Of a stretch of 59,460 nucleotides of DNA, positions 49,442-59,267 are shown one piece after another. Positions within the stretch are counted from its first letter, which is position 1, and the number at the start of each line of letters is the position of its first letter. This stretch comes from a virus, in IMG/VR virus record IMGVR_UViG_3300045988_101425, positions 1 through 59,460 of that record. One strand, 5' to 3'. The notes under the pieces were generated by a model, which worked only from the letters and a program-made list of their open reading frames with translations, did not search any database and was not told where the DNA came from. The translations under genes and the position numbers were made by a program.

Positions 49442-49987
49442 ATGAAATTGACAATCAAGCAAGAGAAGTTCTGTAATTATTACTTGGAATCAGGCAATGC
49501 TTCCGAGGCGTATAGGCGTGCTTATTCTTGCGAGAATATGAGACCCGAGACTATTAATATAAGGGCTTGCGAGCTTCTAGCCAACGGTAAGATAGCGGTA
49601 AGGGTAAAAGAGTTGCAAGCTGATTTACAAAGAAGATCGGATATAACCAAAGACGAGGCTATTGATATCCTTAAGAATATAGCACGGGCCAATGTCGTGG
49701 ATATGTTGCAAATCAAGAGGGGAAAGAACTATGTGATCTTCTTGATAAAAGATTTGTCTAAACTGCCTTTGTCTTTCCAATTAGCTATCCAATCGGTCAA
49801 AAGTACGGATAAGGGCTTTGAGGTAAAGATGTATTCCAAGATAGACGCTTTGGATCGCCTTTCGAAGATGATGGGATGGGATGCGCCTGTCAAATCGGAG
49901 GTCAATATAGATGGCGAGGATAAATCCATAACTATTCAGGTTATTGACAAGAGGGAGGACGTTATCAATGGTGATACAGACGACTAG
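49442..49987 (+). CDS. terS: Terminase small subunit
   Basis: MKLTIKQEKFCNYYLESGNASEAYRRAY is a Terminase_2-like N-terminus. Confidence 0.8.
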   Translation: MKLTIKQEKFCNYYLESGNASEAYRRAYSCENMRPETINIRACELLANGKIAVRVKELQADLQRRSDITKDEAIDILKNIARANVVDMLQIKRGKNYVIFLIKDLSKLPLSFQLAIQSVKSTDKGFEVKMYSKIDALDRLSKMMGWDAPVKSEVNIDGEDKSITIQVIDKREDVINGDTDD

Positions 49988-51146
49988 GATATATACGGAG
50001 GTACAGGGCGCTTTGGATAGCGGTTATAAGATCATATCTGCCCAAGGATCTTCAAGGAGCAGTAAGACTTATAACATATTGATATTCCTTATAGCGTATA
50101 TCCTTCATAACCCTAAGCTGTCTCTATCTATCGTGAGGAAGACATTACCGGCGCTGAAGGGATCTGTCTTCCGGGATTTCAAGGAAATCATGATCGATAA
50201 GTTCCGTATATGGGATAATAGGTGCATGAACAAGTCGGAGATGGTTTACTCGTTCCCAAATGGATCATTCGTGGAGTTCTTTTCCACGGATGATGAACAG
50301 AAGATAAGAGGAAGGAAACGTGATATACTTTATTGTAACGAGGGAAATGAGATATCTTATCTTGAGTGGCAGCAACTGGTGATGCGTACCACTCTTTTCT
50401 CTGTCATTGATTATAACCCGTCGTTCAGTGACGAGCACTGGATTTGCGATCTAAACAATGACCCTAGGACGTATCATTTTATATCCACTTATAAGGACAA
50501 TCCTTTTTTAGAGCAAACAATCATCGATGAGATAGAGTCATTGAAGAATAAGAATAAGGTGCTTTGGGCGGTTTATGGGTTAGGGCAGCGGGCGATGGCC
50601 GAAGGGTTGGTGTTCCCTGATTTCGAGATCGTGGACGAGTTCCCTTCCTATGCCAAGCATGTGGCGTTAGGGCTTGACTTTGGATATAGCTATGACCCTA
50701 CCGCTATAGTTAGATGCGGATTGGTTGATGATAGGTTATATCTTGACGAGAAATGTTACCGTACCCATATGTTAACCAAGGAGATTATTAAGGTATTGAA
50801 AGACCTTGGCTTGGTGGTTTACGCTGACAGCGCCGATCCAAGGCTTATACAAGAAATATCAAATGCGGGGATAATCATATACCCTGCGGACAAGTACAAG
50901 GGATCTGTTATGGGAGGTATTATCAAGATGATGGAGTATAAGATTTGTGTCACCAAGAGATCTTTAAACTTGATAAAAGAGCTTAGGAACTATGTATACG
51001 CCCAAAACAAGGACGGTAAATTTATCAATGAGCCTATTGACGGGTATAACCATCTTATCGACGGGGCACGTTATTGGACGATAGGCAAGCTTCTAGGAAA
51101 AGTATTAACAACAAGACTGTACTCGAAGGAGGAGTTAGGATTTTAA
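49968..51146 (+). CDS. terL: Terminase large subunit
   Basis: AQGSSRSSKT is a Walker A-like motif. About 390 aa, follows terS. The ATG at 49968 overlaps the terS end. Confidence 0.8.
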   Translation: MVIQTTRIYTEVQGALDSGYKIISAQGSSRSSKTYNILIFLIAYILHNPKLSLSIVRKTLPALKGSVFRDFKEIMIDKFRIWDNRCMNKSEMVYSFPNGSFVEFFSTDDEQKIRGRKRDILYCNEGNEISYLEWQQLVMRTTLFSVIDYNPSFSDEHWICDLNNDPRTYHFISTYKDNPFLEQTIIDEIESLKNKNKVLWAVYGLGQRAMAEGLVFPDFEIVDEFPSYAKHVALGLDFGYSYDPTAIVRCGLVDDRLYLDEKCYRTHMLTKEIIKVLKDLGLVVYADSADPRLIQEISNAGIIIYPADKYKGSVMGGIIKMMEYKICVTKRSLNLIKELRNYVYAQNKDGKFINEPIDGYNHLIDGARYWTIGKLLGKVLTTRLYSKEELGF

Positions 51147-51147
51147 C

Positions 51148-52587
51148 ATGAATTACATAGACGCTATATTTCAGGTTTTCCAAAACAAGATATTGAACTC
51201 GTTTGGAGTGGAGAGGGACTTGGTCAGCCTTATCAAGGATAGGGATATAAGCCGGGCCATGTCAATGATGCAATGCCGGGACAAGGATGTTTCCCAAGCG
51301 ATCTTGGAATATAACCCGGAATCCCATGAGGTTAATAAACGTCCTAATAAGCACAGGAAAAATCAAGAACCGTATATTACGGAGAAATTGCCAAGAGGAA
51401 GGCAAGCGTATATAAATGAGGTCGAGTTGTTTTTTCTCCTCGGGCAGCCTATCTTGTGGAAAGCTGTATCGGATGATACGGATAAGGCTTTCAGGGCATT
51501 CGGTGATTTTCTTCGTGATACTCGATTCAACACGACAATCCGGGAGGCCAAGCGTTTGGCTGGGGCGGAGACGGAGAGCGCTAAGGTTTATCATATATAC
51601 AGGGAAAATGGTATGCCCCAAGTAAAGGTTAAGGTTATATCCAAATCAAAAGGATATACATTGCGGCCTTTATTTGATCAATGGGATAACATGATAGCTT
51701 TTGGTTATGGATATACGTTGCTTGAGGGCGATAAGTCCGTAGAGCATTTTGATATAGAGACCCCGGAATACATCTATAGATGCAAGAGAGCGGATATCGG
51801 ATGGGATGTTACGCCATTGCTTAATCCTTCGGGTAAAATAAATGTTATCTACTATCGTCAAAACAAGGCATGGTATGGGGTGCAAAAGCGTATAGACAGA
51901 GAGGAAGCGGTTGATAGCAAGGCGGCGGATTCCAATAATTATTTCTCCGATCCAAAATTGAAATTAACCGCTGATGTCATTCAGAGCATAGTAGGGGGAG
52001 GATCTAATATGGTAGGAGAGGTTATCACCATGTCCGATAAGGACAAAAGCGCTGCCGAGTATCTCGTTCCGCCCGATTATTCCACGATGAAAGAGGCGGA
52101 GAAAAAAGACCTGTCATCAAGCATACTATTCGATACGTTCACCCCGGATTTCAGTTACGAGAACATGAAGGGGCTTGGGACATTATCCGGGGAGGCATTG
52201 AAAAGGGCCTTGGCTCTTGGATACATGAAAAGGGATAACTTGAAAGAGATATATGATATATTAATAGACCGTGAGAAGAATCTTATATTGGCTATCATGA
52301 TGAACGTAACTCATATCGGCATGAGAGAGGAGTTAAGCAGGCTCGACCTGCAACATGAGTTCTCCGAGCCTTTCGCCGAGGATAAGGATAAGAGAATAGA
52401 TATGATAGCGAAACTCTATGATTCAGGATTGGTGTCCCTTCAAACGGCAGTAGATATGCTGTCCTTGACTGATAAGCCGGAGGAGGAGATTCGACGGATA
52501 TTAGAGGAGAAGCGGGAAAAGACGCAAGATAATAGAAAAGAGAAGATTGAAAATTCCAAAAGCCCGGATGATTCCGATCGAAATTAA
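51148..52587 (+). CDS. Portal protein
   Basis: 479 aa immediately after terL. Confidence 0.7.
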   Translation: MNYIDAIFQVFQNKILNSFGVERDLVSLIKDRDISRAMSMMQCRDKDVSQAILEYNPESHEVNKRPNKHRKNQEPYITEKLPRGRQAYINEVELFFLLGQPILWKAVSDDTDKAFRAFGDFLRDTRFNTTIREAKRLAGAETESAKVYHIYRENGMPQVKVKVISKSKGYTLRPLFDQWDNMIAFGYGYTLLEGDKSVEHFDIETPEYIYRCKRADIGWDVTPLLNPSGKINVIYYRQNKAWYGVQKRIDREEAVDSKAADSNNYFSDPKLKLTADVIQSIVGGGSNMVGEVITMSDKDKSAAEYLVPPDYSTMKEAEKKDLSSSILFDTFTPDFSYENMKGLGTLSGEALKRALALGYMKRDNLKEIYDILIDREKNLILAIMMNVTHIGMREELSRLDLQHEFSEPFAEDKDKRIDMIAKLYDSGLVSLQTAVDMLSLTDKPEEEIRRILEEKREKTQDNRKEKIENSKSPDDSDRN

Positions 52588-52672
52588 AGGTCTTACGGAA
52601 TTATTTAAATAAAAAATACTGTTAAATGGTATATAAAGGCATATTTATTCACAAAATTGAATTTTAAATATT

Positions 52673-52942
52673 ATGGTAAAGGATGTAATGTCCCGAAAGG
52701 AAGGAGATAAGTATATATCGGATTCTATATCGCTCGAATCAAGCGATATAGTTCTACATGTAGAACTTAAAGATAATGGTAATATTGTCTTAGAGAGAAG
52801 TATTACTGGTGATAATTGGGTAGTTGCAGCTTATCTAGCTCGAAATGTCAAGCTGTATGAGAATGGGGTAGTAGGTAAATCTGGACAGATAGTAAGGATC
52901 GTGTCGACAATAGAAATCTCTAAAATATCGATACTGCAATGA
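52673..52942 (+). CDS. Hypothetical protein
   Basis: 89-aa ORF with ATGA overlap to the next gene. Confidence 0.5.
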   Translation: MVKDVMSRKEGDKYISDSISLESSDIVLHVELKDNGNIVLERSITGDNWVVAAYLARNVKLYENGVVGKSGQIVRIVSTIEISKISILQ

Positions 52943-53661
52943 TAGCTCTAAACGACATCAATTTATCCAAGATCGATCTCTCGGGCATAGACTTGCGAGG
53001 GATAAAGCTGGGGATTGGAGGGCGTGGCGGTTCCGGCGATGATTCCCAGCGTCCTTGGCTCTTCCCCGACCATGCATGGACAGTGACCGGCAAGACCAAC
53101 GAGGATAGTAATCGTGATATTATCGCCAATGTTACAGGCAATGGTAATGATCTTAAGCTGACCAATTTTGGGTTTGCGGAAGGTAGCGGGTATAATCAAG
53201 AAGGTGAATATGCGGGCTATCTGATTACTGATGGGGTGGATGATAAGGTTGTTTCGTCGGATTTTGTAATGGATAAGGAATTTACGATTGTTGGTGAGTG
53301 GAAGCTGGTGGCTGACGGGATGGGGTCTGCGGGTGTCATAAAACCTTCTTCTTTATTTGTGTTTGACAAAGATAATGGATTGATAATATACATAAATAAC
53401 ACAAGTAAAGGACAAGTTTTAAATACTAAATCTTTAAAGGCTATTTGCTCAGATGGACGTGTATATTCTGATGATTGGTCTGAAATGCTAGTTAGTGAAG
53501 AACAACCTATCGCAAGTAGTAATAAGTACTTAATGATTGGTAGTAATGGAAACCACTTTACTAAAATCGCCTTAAAGAATTTAGCCATTTACAACCATAT
53601 CCTCTCCAAAGACGACTGTATCAAAGCATATGATTATTTACAAACATTAAAAGCAAAATGA
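52939..53661 (+). CDS. LamG/ConA-like lectin-fold protein
   Basis: C-terminal LKNLAIYNHILSKDDCIKAY resembles the Laminin_G_3 end motif. Confidence 0.45.
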   Translation: MIALNDINLSKIDLSGIDLRGIKLGIGGRGGSGDDSQRPWLFPDHAWTVTGKTNEDSNRDIIANVTGNGNDLKLTNFGFAEGSGYNQEGEYAGYLITDGVDDKVVSSDFVMDKEFTIVGEWKLVADGMGSAGVIKPSSLFVFDKDNGLIIYINNTSKGQVLNTKSLKAICSDGRVYSDDWSEMLVSEEQPIASSNKYLMIGSNGNHFTKIALKNLAIYNHILSKDDCIKAYDYLQTLKAK

Positions 53662-53662
53662 T

Positions 53663-54322
53663 ATGAGGTACGCTATAGTGGATTTATTATGGGCTAAATC
53701 TCACGGAATCGAGATATTGCCCGAAATGAGAACGAGTGTGGATCAAAGCAAGGTAGTCTTGCATGAGGAGTATCTATCTCCCTTTGCCGAGGAGGACTTC
53801 CCTCGCTATAATTTCGACGACCCGTCTTTCATAGAGCTATTGAATAGCGACGAATGGACTTATCCGGAAGAAGAACAACCCGTAATCAATAGGCAACTCA
53901 GCAGATTGTTGGCATTGGACGAACTGGACAAGGAGGCTACCGAGGAGATAAACACGTATAACCTTACCCCGTCGGAAGCCTTACAGGTCAAGGATCGATA
54001 CCCGGAATGGAAGACCGGGATAAATGTCAAAGCCGGTGAGCGATACCGGGTCGAGGACATCCTGTGGGAATGTATCAAAGACCAACTCACGCAAGAGAAC
54101 TGGAAGCCTAGCACAGCCACCCTAAGCCTGTGGAAAAGAGTAGACGCGGAAGGACACGCCGGCACTATGGAAGATCCTATTCCATATACACAAAATATGG
54201 CGCTTGAATTCAACAAGTACTACACGCAGGATGGCGTATTGTATCTCTGCATACAAGCTATGACACCCGGACCGTTCGATTTAAAGGATGTACCGGCGCA
54301 TGCGCAGCCTATCAAGCAATAG
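53663..54322 (+). CDS. Protein with a CBM5/12-like carbohydrate-binding motif
   Basis: EWKTGINVKAGERYRVEDILWECIKDQLTQENWKPSTATLSLW fits W..G..Y.aG..v.....y.C......W.P....LW. Confidence 0.45.
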   Translation: MRYAIVDLLWAKSHGIEILPEMRTSVDQSKVVLHEEYLSPFAEEDFPRYNFDDPSFIELLNSDEWTYPEEEQPVINRQLSRLLALDELDKEATEEINTYNLTPSEALQVKDRYPEWKTGINVKAGERYRVEDILWECIKDQLTQENWKPSTATLSLWKRVDAEGHAGTMEDPIPYTQNMALEFNKYYTQDGVLYLCIQAMTPGPFDLKDVPAHAQPIKQ

Positions 54323-54421
54323 GCACGAATGATTTAATATTATTGTTTTTGTGACAATCGGTCTATTGTCATGTATATAGCCTGTTTTTATTTTATTACA
54401 AGCTTATGTATCAATACTTTT

Positions 54422-55066
54422 ATGCGAAAAAATAAAAGCAAGAGCATGAAAGAGAAGATTTTCCAGCAGTTAAAACAGAAGTACTCAAATCTTGGGTTAA
54501 CGGAGGATGTTTTGAGGTCCGTGGCAGAATCATTGGGGTCCACAGGCCTGATTACGGACGATAATCTTGAAACTGCGGTAGCAGGGCAAGAATCAATGTT
54601 GAAATCTTACCAGAGTTCCTTGGATAAGGTGCGAACCGAAAGCGCAAATTACAAGAAGGAATTAGAGGAGTTGAGAGGCAAGGGGGGCGGCCAGCAACAG
54701 CAACCAGATAAAAACGAGGAGCCGGATTGGTTCAAGAAGTATCGTGAGGAGCAGGACGAGAAAATCCGGCTCTTGACCTCCGAGAATGATAAAGCTAAGG
54801 AGGAGAAAGCACGTGCTGAAAGACACAATCTGATCCTTGACAAGGCCAAGAGCCTTAAGATCTCAAAGGAACGGATAGAGGAGGGCTTCGCTATAACGGA
54901 CGATATGGACGATAATGCGATTGATACTTATCTGTCCAAGGTGAGACAAAATGAGGTCGCAAAGGGATTAGAGGAAAAAGGTTCGGCGTTCTCTGTCTCT
55001 ACGTCCAAGGAAAAGAGCAAGGAGCTCGCTAAGGATTGGGCCAAATCATTGCCGGACGCTAATTAA
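54422..55066 (+). CDS. Scaffolding protein
   Basis: Charged coiled-coil protein just upstream of the capsid genes. Alternative ATGs at 54371 and 54446. Confidence 0.6.
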   Translation: MRKNKSKSMKEKIFQQLKQKYSNLGLTEDVLRSVAESLGSTGLITDDNLETAVAGQESMLKSYQSSLDKVRTESANYKKELEELRGKGGGQQQQPDKNEEPDWFKKYREEQDEKIRLLTSENDKAKEEKARAERHNLILDKAKSLKISKERIEEGFAITDDMDDNAIDTYLSKVRQNEVAKGLEEKGSAFSVSTSKEKSKELAKDWAKSLPDAN

Positions 55067-55077
55067 AGTAAAAGATT

Positions 55078-55629
55078 ATGGGTATCGAATTTAACAAAAC
55101 AAAGATTAAAGGATCGTTCCCCGTCTTTTGGCGCGGGGAATGCTCTCCCCTTCCCGGAGATTTCAAATTAACCACTGAGTTGGCGGAAGGGACAATCGTG
55201 CGAAAAGGCACTCCTATCAAGCTGGACTTTGATCGCATGGAGTGCAAGATCTGTAAGGCCGTTAAGGTATTAGCCGGAGGAACGACCACTAAGCCACGTA
55301 TAGGGAAAGATAGCTTTGTCGCCAAGGGAGATTCTATTGGTGGGCAGAACGTGAGTTCCGTAGATTCAAGCAACTCTGATTATGACGTGGTTACATTGGC
55401 TGCCGCTGTAGAGTCTGCTACAGAAGGGGCGATTCTTGCCGTGGGAACGGATGAGCCTGACGCTGTGGTTGAGACAACGTTTGTCTATACGAAGAATATG
55501 TCTTTCCAGACGGTATCGGCGGGATATGAGGTCCTTATCCTTAAGGATGTGGCTTATCCAGTCCCTTCCTCATGGTTGACGGGATTCAGCATGAAGAATA
55601 ATCCCACTATTAAGTATATTAGACAGTAA
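55078..55629 (+). CDS. Head protein of unknown role (decoration or accessory)
   Basis: 183 aa between the scaffold and the major capsid gene. Confidence 0.45.
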   Translation: MGIEFNKTKIKGSFPVFWRGECSPLPGDFKLTTELAEGTIVRKGTPIKLDFDRMECKICKAVKVLAGGTTTKPRIGKDSFVAKGDSIGGQNVSSVDSSNSDYDVVTLAAAVESATEGAILAVGTDEPDAVVETTFVYTKNMSFQTVSAGYEVLILKDVAYPVPSSWLTGFSMKNNPTIKYIRQ

Positions 55630-55640
55630 GGAGGTGAACG

Positions 55641-56741
55641 ATGGATGTTTATAGTTCTATTTTTGGCGAACTGACAAAAGAGGTTCAGATTCGTATTGAC
55701 GCTGCCACGGAGCTTCGCAAGCGCTTGTTTGACCAGAATATCTACGAGCGTTATCTTGATTGGGATGTCCCGACTATCGGCCTTAATTTTGAGGAGCTGA
55801 TCGGGCAATATAACTTGAGCGTTGCGGCGGCTACCCTTGATTCCAAGGGAAAGGAACCGATCTTGGGTACGGAGGGGCTTGAGACCTTGAAGCAAAAGGT
55901 CCTTACCCACCAGATGAGTTACTCAATGCCGATCGAGGAGTATCGCAAGGTCTTGCAGATCCTAGACTCTAGGATGTTGACGGATGACCAGAAGACACAG
56001 CAGCTCATTAATCTGATGTGGAATAACGTGTCTACCGTTGTCAAATCCGTGCAATCTAAGCTAGATATTATTTTCTTGGGTGCCTTGTCCAACAAGGGGG
56101 TATTTACCTTTAATGCCAATAATAACCCTGAAGGAGGGGTACGTGGTATTATTGATTACAAGATGCCGCCCGAGAATATCGCTAGCGTTACCCTTGACTG
56201 GACGGATACCAATAAGAACAACGTCGATCCTTTCGAGGATATCCAAGGTGTCGTGGATGCGGCCCAAGACAAGGTAACGTTTGATAAGATATTGATGTCT
56301 CCGGCCAGATTGTCTTATTTGCTTAAGAGCAGGAAGATGAAACAGGTCATTTTTGGGACCGACAAATCCGGCACTCCTCTTTTGATGTCCGGTTTGAATG
56401 AGTTCCTACGCTCTAATGACCTTCCTGTCATAGAGACAGTGAGACGTATCACCCGTATCCAAGACAACGGCAAGCTATCCGAGTACAAGCCTTGGAACGA
56501 CAAGAATATCGTCTTTGTCCCGGCAGGTAAATTAGGTGTCATCAAGAACGCTTACGCCGATAATGAGTTGAGACAGGAACCGGGCGTTACTTACTCTAAT
56601 TATGGCCGGATTCGTATCTCTCAATGGGGCAAGGGTGAGACGGACAATTCCAATGGCGTAGAGTTTACCAAGGCTCAATCGCTATCCTTGCCGGTCCTTA
56701 CCGAGATTAATGGCATTTACTCATTGACGGTGGAGGCATGA
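55641..56741 (+). CDS. Major capsid protein
   Basis: 366 aa, called from position after the scaffold. Size typical of lambda gpE-like capsid proteins. Confidence 0.7.
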   Translation: MDVYSSIFGELTKEVQIRIDAATELRKRLFDQNIYERYLDWDVPTIGLNFEELIGQYNLSVAAATLDSKGKEPILGTEGLETLKQKVLTHQMSYSMPIEEYRKVLQILDSRMLTDDQKTQQLINLMWNNVSTVVKSVQSKLDIIFLGALSNKGVFTFNANNNPEGGVRGIIDYKMPPENIASVTLDWTDTNKNNVDPFEDIQGVVDAAQDKVTFDKILMSPARLSYLLKSRKMKQVIFGTDKSGTPLLMSGLNEFLRSNDLPVIETVRRITRIQDNGKLSEYKPWNDKNIVFVPAGKLGVIKNAYADNELRQEPGVTYSNYGRIRISQWGKGETDNSNGVEFTKAQSLSLPVLTEINGIYSLTVEA

Positions 56742-57061
56742 CGATAAGAGACTACATAGGGCAGAAATTCTCGGCTTATGGAGATCTATCCGAGGCGGAT
56801 ATGCTGGATTTCAGCATCAAATCGGGGCTATCCCCGGACGATGAGATGTCTAGTGAATCCATAGGCAAGGTAGAGACAGGGATGATAGAGATCATCCCGT
56901 CGCTGCTATTGCGCCCTGATAGCGTCAATGAGAGCGGCTTCTCTGTCTCTTGGGACAAGGACGGCCTCCGGCGGTATTATTTGTTCCTGTGCGAACGGAA
57001 CGGTGTTAGCCCGGATGTGTCTTCCGGTCTTGGGGTAGTCTCATCTTATACGGATTATTGA
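56738..57061 (+). CDS. Head-tail connector protein
   Basis: 107 aa, called from position. Confidence 0.5.
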   Translation: MTIRDYIGQKFSAYGDLSEADMLDFSIKSGLSPDDEMSSESIGKVETGMIEIIPSLLLRPDSVNESGFSVSWDKDGLRRYYLFLCERNGVSPDVSSGLGVVSSYTDY

Positions 57062-57062
57062 T

Positions 57063-57389
57063 ATGTATTACGCTCCTCACATATTAGAACGAAAGGTTGT
57101 CAAGGAATATGATCACGATGACAATGGCAATCCTGTTCCCGGGACTGGTGGTGAGTTATGGGAGAGACTGGGACGATGTAAATGCTATGATAAGAGCGCC
57201 GATCGGGTATATACGGTAAATGGCGTAGCCTTTGATTACAAATATCGTGTCGTGACAGATAAGATCAAGATTGATGCCGGGGATATCGTGAGAGTATTGA
57301 ATCAAGATGGGAGTATTCGCAGTAGTGGCGTTGTTATCAACCCGATGCTCACGGATTATCTAAATTACGGGCAAATATGGCTGGAATAA
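57063..57389 (+). CDS. Head closure / adaptor protein
   Basis: 108 aa, called from position. Confidence 0.5.
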   Translation: MYYAPHILERKVVKEYDHDDNGNPVPGTGGELWERLGRCKCYDKSADRVYTVNGVAFDYKYRVVTDKIKIDAGDIVRVLNQDGSIRSSGVVINPMLTDYLNYGQIWLE

Positions 57390-57871
57390 TAAAGTTAAGT
57401 TATGATTTGTCCGATGTGGATGATTTCATCTTGGAGGCCTATCGTGAGGTGTTCGCCTTTCTAGCCCAACTAGGGCAATCCGCTTATGAGACCGCCGTTC
57501 AAGAAGGTAAATATAACAATATTACTGGAAACTTGAGGAGTTCATTGGGATATGTCATATCAATGGACGGTAAGATCGTAAAGGAAGGCGGGTTTAAGAG
57601 GATAGATGGACGTGGGGAAAATTATGAGAAGGTTTTTTTCACGACCAGATCCCAAAAGACGGTCCAGTTCTGGGCTAAAGGAAAGTCCGGGGATGGAAGC
57701 GAGGGGAGCAGGCAAGGGCTTAGTTACGCTAGGGATCTGGCTTCTAAGCATACAAAGGGAGTGACATTGATTGTCGTGGCGGGAATGGATTACGCTAGCT
57801 ATGTGAATGATATCCATAAGCTAAACGTGATAGATACTGCCGAGGCTAAAGTAATAGCTATGTTACAATGA
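57377..57871 (+). CDS. Head-tail joining protein
   Basis: 164 aa, called from position. Confidence 0.5.
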   Translation: MAGIIKLSYDLSDVDDFILEAYREVFAFLAQLGQSAYETAVQEGKYNNITGNLRSSLGYVISMDGKIVKEGGFKRIDGRGENYEKVFFTTRSQKTVQFWAKGKSGDGSEGSRQGLSYARDLASKHTKGVTLIVVAGMDYASYVNDIHKLNVIDTAEAKVIAMLQ

Positions 57872-58269
57872 TAGTAAGCACGGACATACAGACAATCTTA
57901 TATAAGAAAGCCTTGGAACTTGGTGTTACCGGGGTGTACAAGGAGGATGATACGCCTACAGGTAAGCTTGAGGAGGAGAGGGTTACCGTACACTCGAATT
58001 CCTCGGAGCCGGGAATTACATGGAAGGTGGGATTCGTTCATGTCAATATAGCCGTCCCTGATCTGGACGAGAAAGGAACGCCTGATTTGGACAGGATGAA
58101 TAAGCTGGAACGTATGTCCATGGAGGTGTTCAAGGACACCTCGGTGTTTGATGGCACTCCTTATACCTACGAGGTAGACACTACTAGAATTGAGGTTAAC
58201 AGGGATCTTAAATGTCACTACGTTAATGTGAGAGTATTATTTAAAGTTTTAAATGTAATAGTATTGTAA
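57868..58269 (+). CDS. Tail completion protein
   Basis: 133 aa, called from position. Confidence 0.5.
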   Translation: MIVSTDIQTILYKKALELGVTGVYKEDDTPTGKLEEERVTVHSNSSEPGITWKVGFVHVNIAVPDLDEKGTPDLDRMNKLERMSMEVFKDTSVFDGTPYTYEVDTTRIEVNRDLKCHYVNVRVLFKVLNVIVL

Positions 58270-58270
58270 T

Positions 58271-58801
58271 ATGGGAAGAACAATTTCTGCTATAGGCGTA
58301 AAAAGGATACTTTATGGGGAGCCTCTGGTTGCTGCACCCACATACGAGAGCTTGGAGACGTTATTTACGGCTTTCAAGGATGTTCAAATCGTCCATCAAG
58401 GGACTTATGAATATACCGAGGAGGACGGTACGTTAACAGAATTCAAGGATGAGTTGACCGGCCAGACATATCGGTCATCGTTTGAGGCAGGATCACAGAG
58501 CTTGAATTGGGTGATCGGGGCATATGACTTCGCTACCAAGGCCGAGCTTATGGGCGGTAAACCCTTGGATACGGATAAGGGATGGGAACGTGGCAACGCC
58601 GGCGAGCAACGATATAAATGTATCGTCGCTATTACCAATGATGACGTGGCTATCATTTTCCCTAAGGCGAATCTTGTGGGTCGTGGGGCTTCCACGGATG
58701 GGGCCGTTGGTTTGTCGATGTCCGCCACCCCGCTGAAATCATCCACGACAATAGCTTCAGAGTATTGGTTTGACGTGGAAGGAAAATCCTTGAAGGGTTG
58801 A
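58271..58801 (+). CDS. Major tail protein
   Basis: 176 aa directly upstream of the chaperone pair. Confidence 0.6.
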   Translation: MGRTISAIGVKRILYGEPLVAAPTYESLETLFTAFKDVQIVHQGTYEYTEEDGTLTEFKDELTGQTYRSSFEAGSQSLNWVIGAYDFATKAELMGGKPLDTDKGWERGNAGEQRYKCIVAITNDDVAIIFPKANLVGRGASTDGAVGLSMSATPLKSSTTIASEYWFDVEGKSLKG

Positions 58802-58883
58802 ATGTAATATGTCTTATAGGCACGGGGACGGCGGTATTTTCCGTTCGTCCCCTTTTTGTTTAATTCTAATTTTTTTACGTGAT

Positions 58884-59267
58884 ATGAACAAGGGTGCTAG
58901 TTTAGTGGCTGACGCTGTCCTAGGTGAGGATTTCAAGGTCGTGGTCCTAGGAGGTAAGGCGTATAAGATAAGTCCTCCTACAATAGCGACGATTTGCAAA
59001 GGTATACAATACCTATCTCTTATTGATAAGACAACATCGGGCAAGGAGGATCTTGAAAAGGTGAGGAACGAACTGGAAAATATACTAAAGGGTTTGTCAG
59101 TGTTTGTTTTGGGGAGCGCCGATAGATATGAGGAGATCGAGGGGGCGACCCTTCATGAGCTAAGGGAGGCGTTGGAGACTGTCGTTAAATTCATATCCGC
59201 AGAGGATTTTTTCGTCTGTGCCGCCTTAGCCGAGAGCGTGGCAAGAATGGCGGCGACACCAAAGTGA
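58884..59267 (+). CDS. Tail assembly chaperone (G-like, frame 0 product)
   Basis: Located between the major tail protein and the tape measure. Contains the slippery site. The ATG at 58809 is an alternative start. Confidence 0.65.
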   Translation: MNKGASLVADAVLGEDFKVVVLGGKAYKISPPTIATICKGIQYLSLIDKTTSGKEDLEKVRNELENILKGLSVFVLGSADRYEEIEGATLHELREALETVVKFISAEDFFVCAALAESVARMAATPK

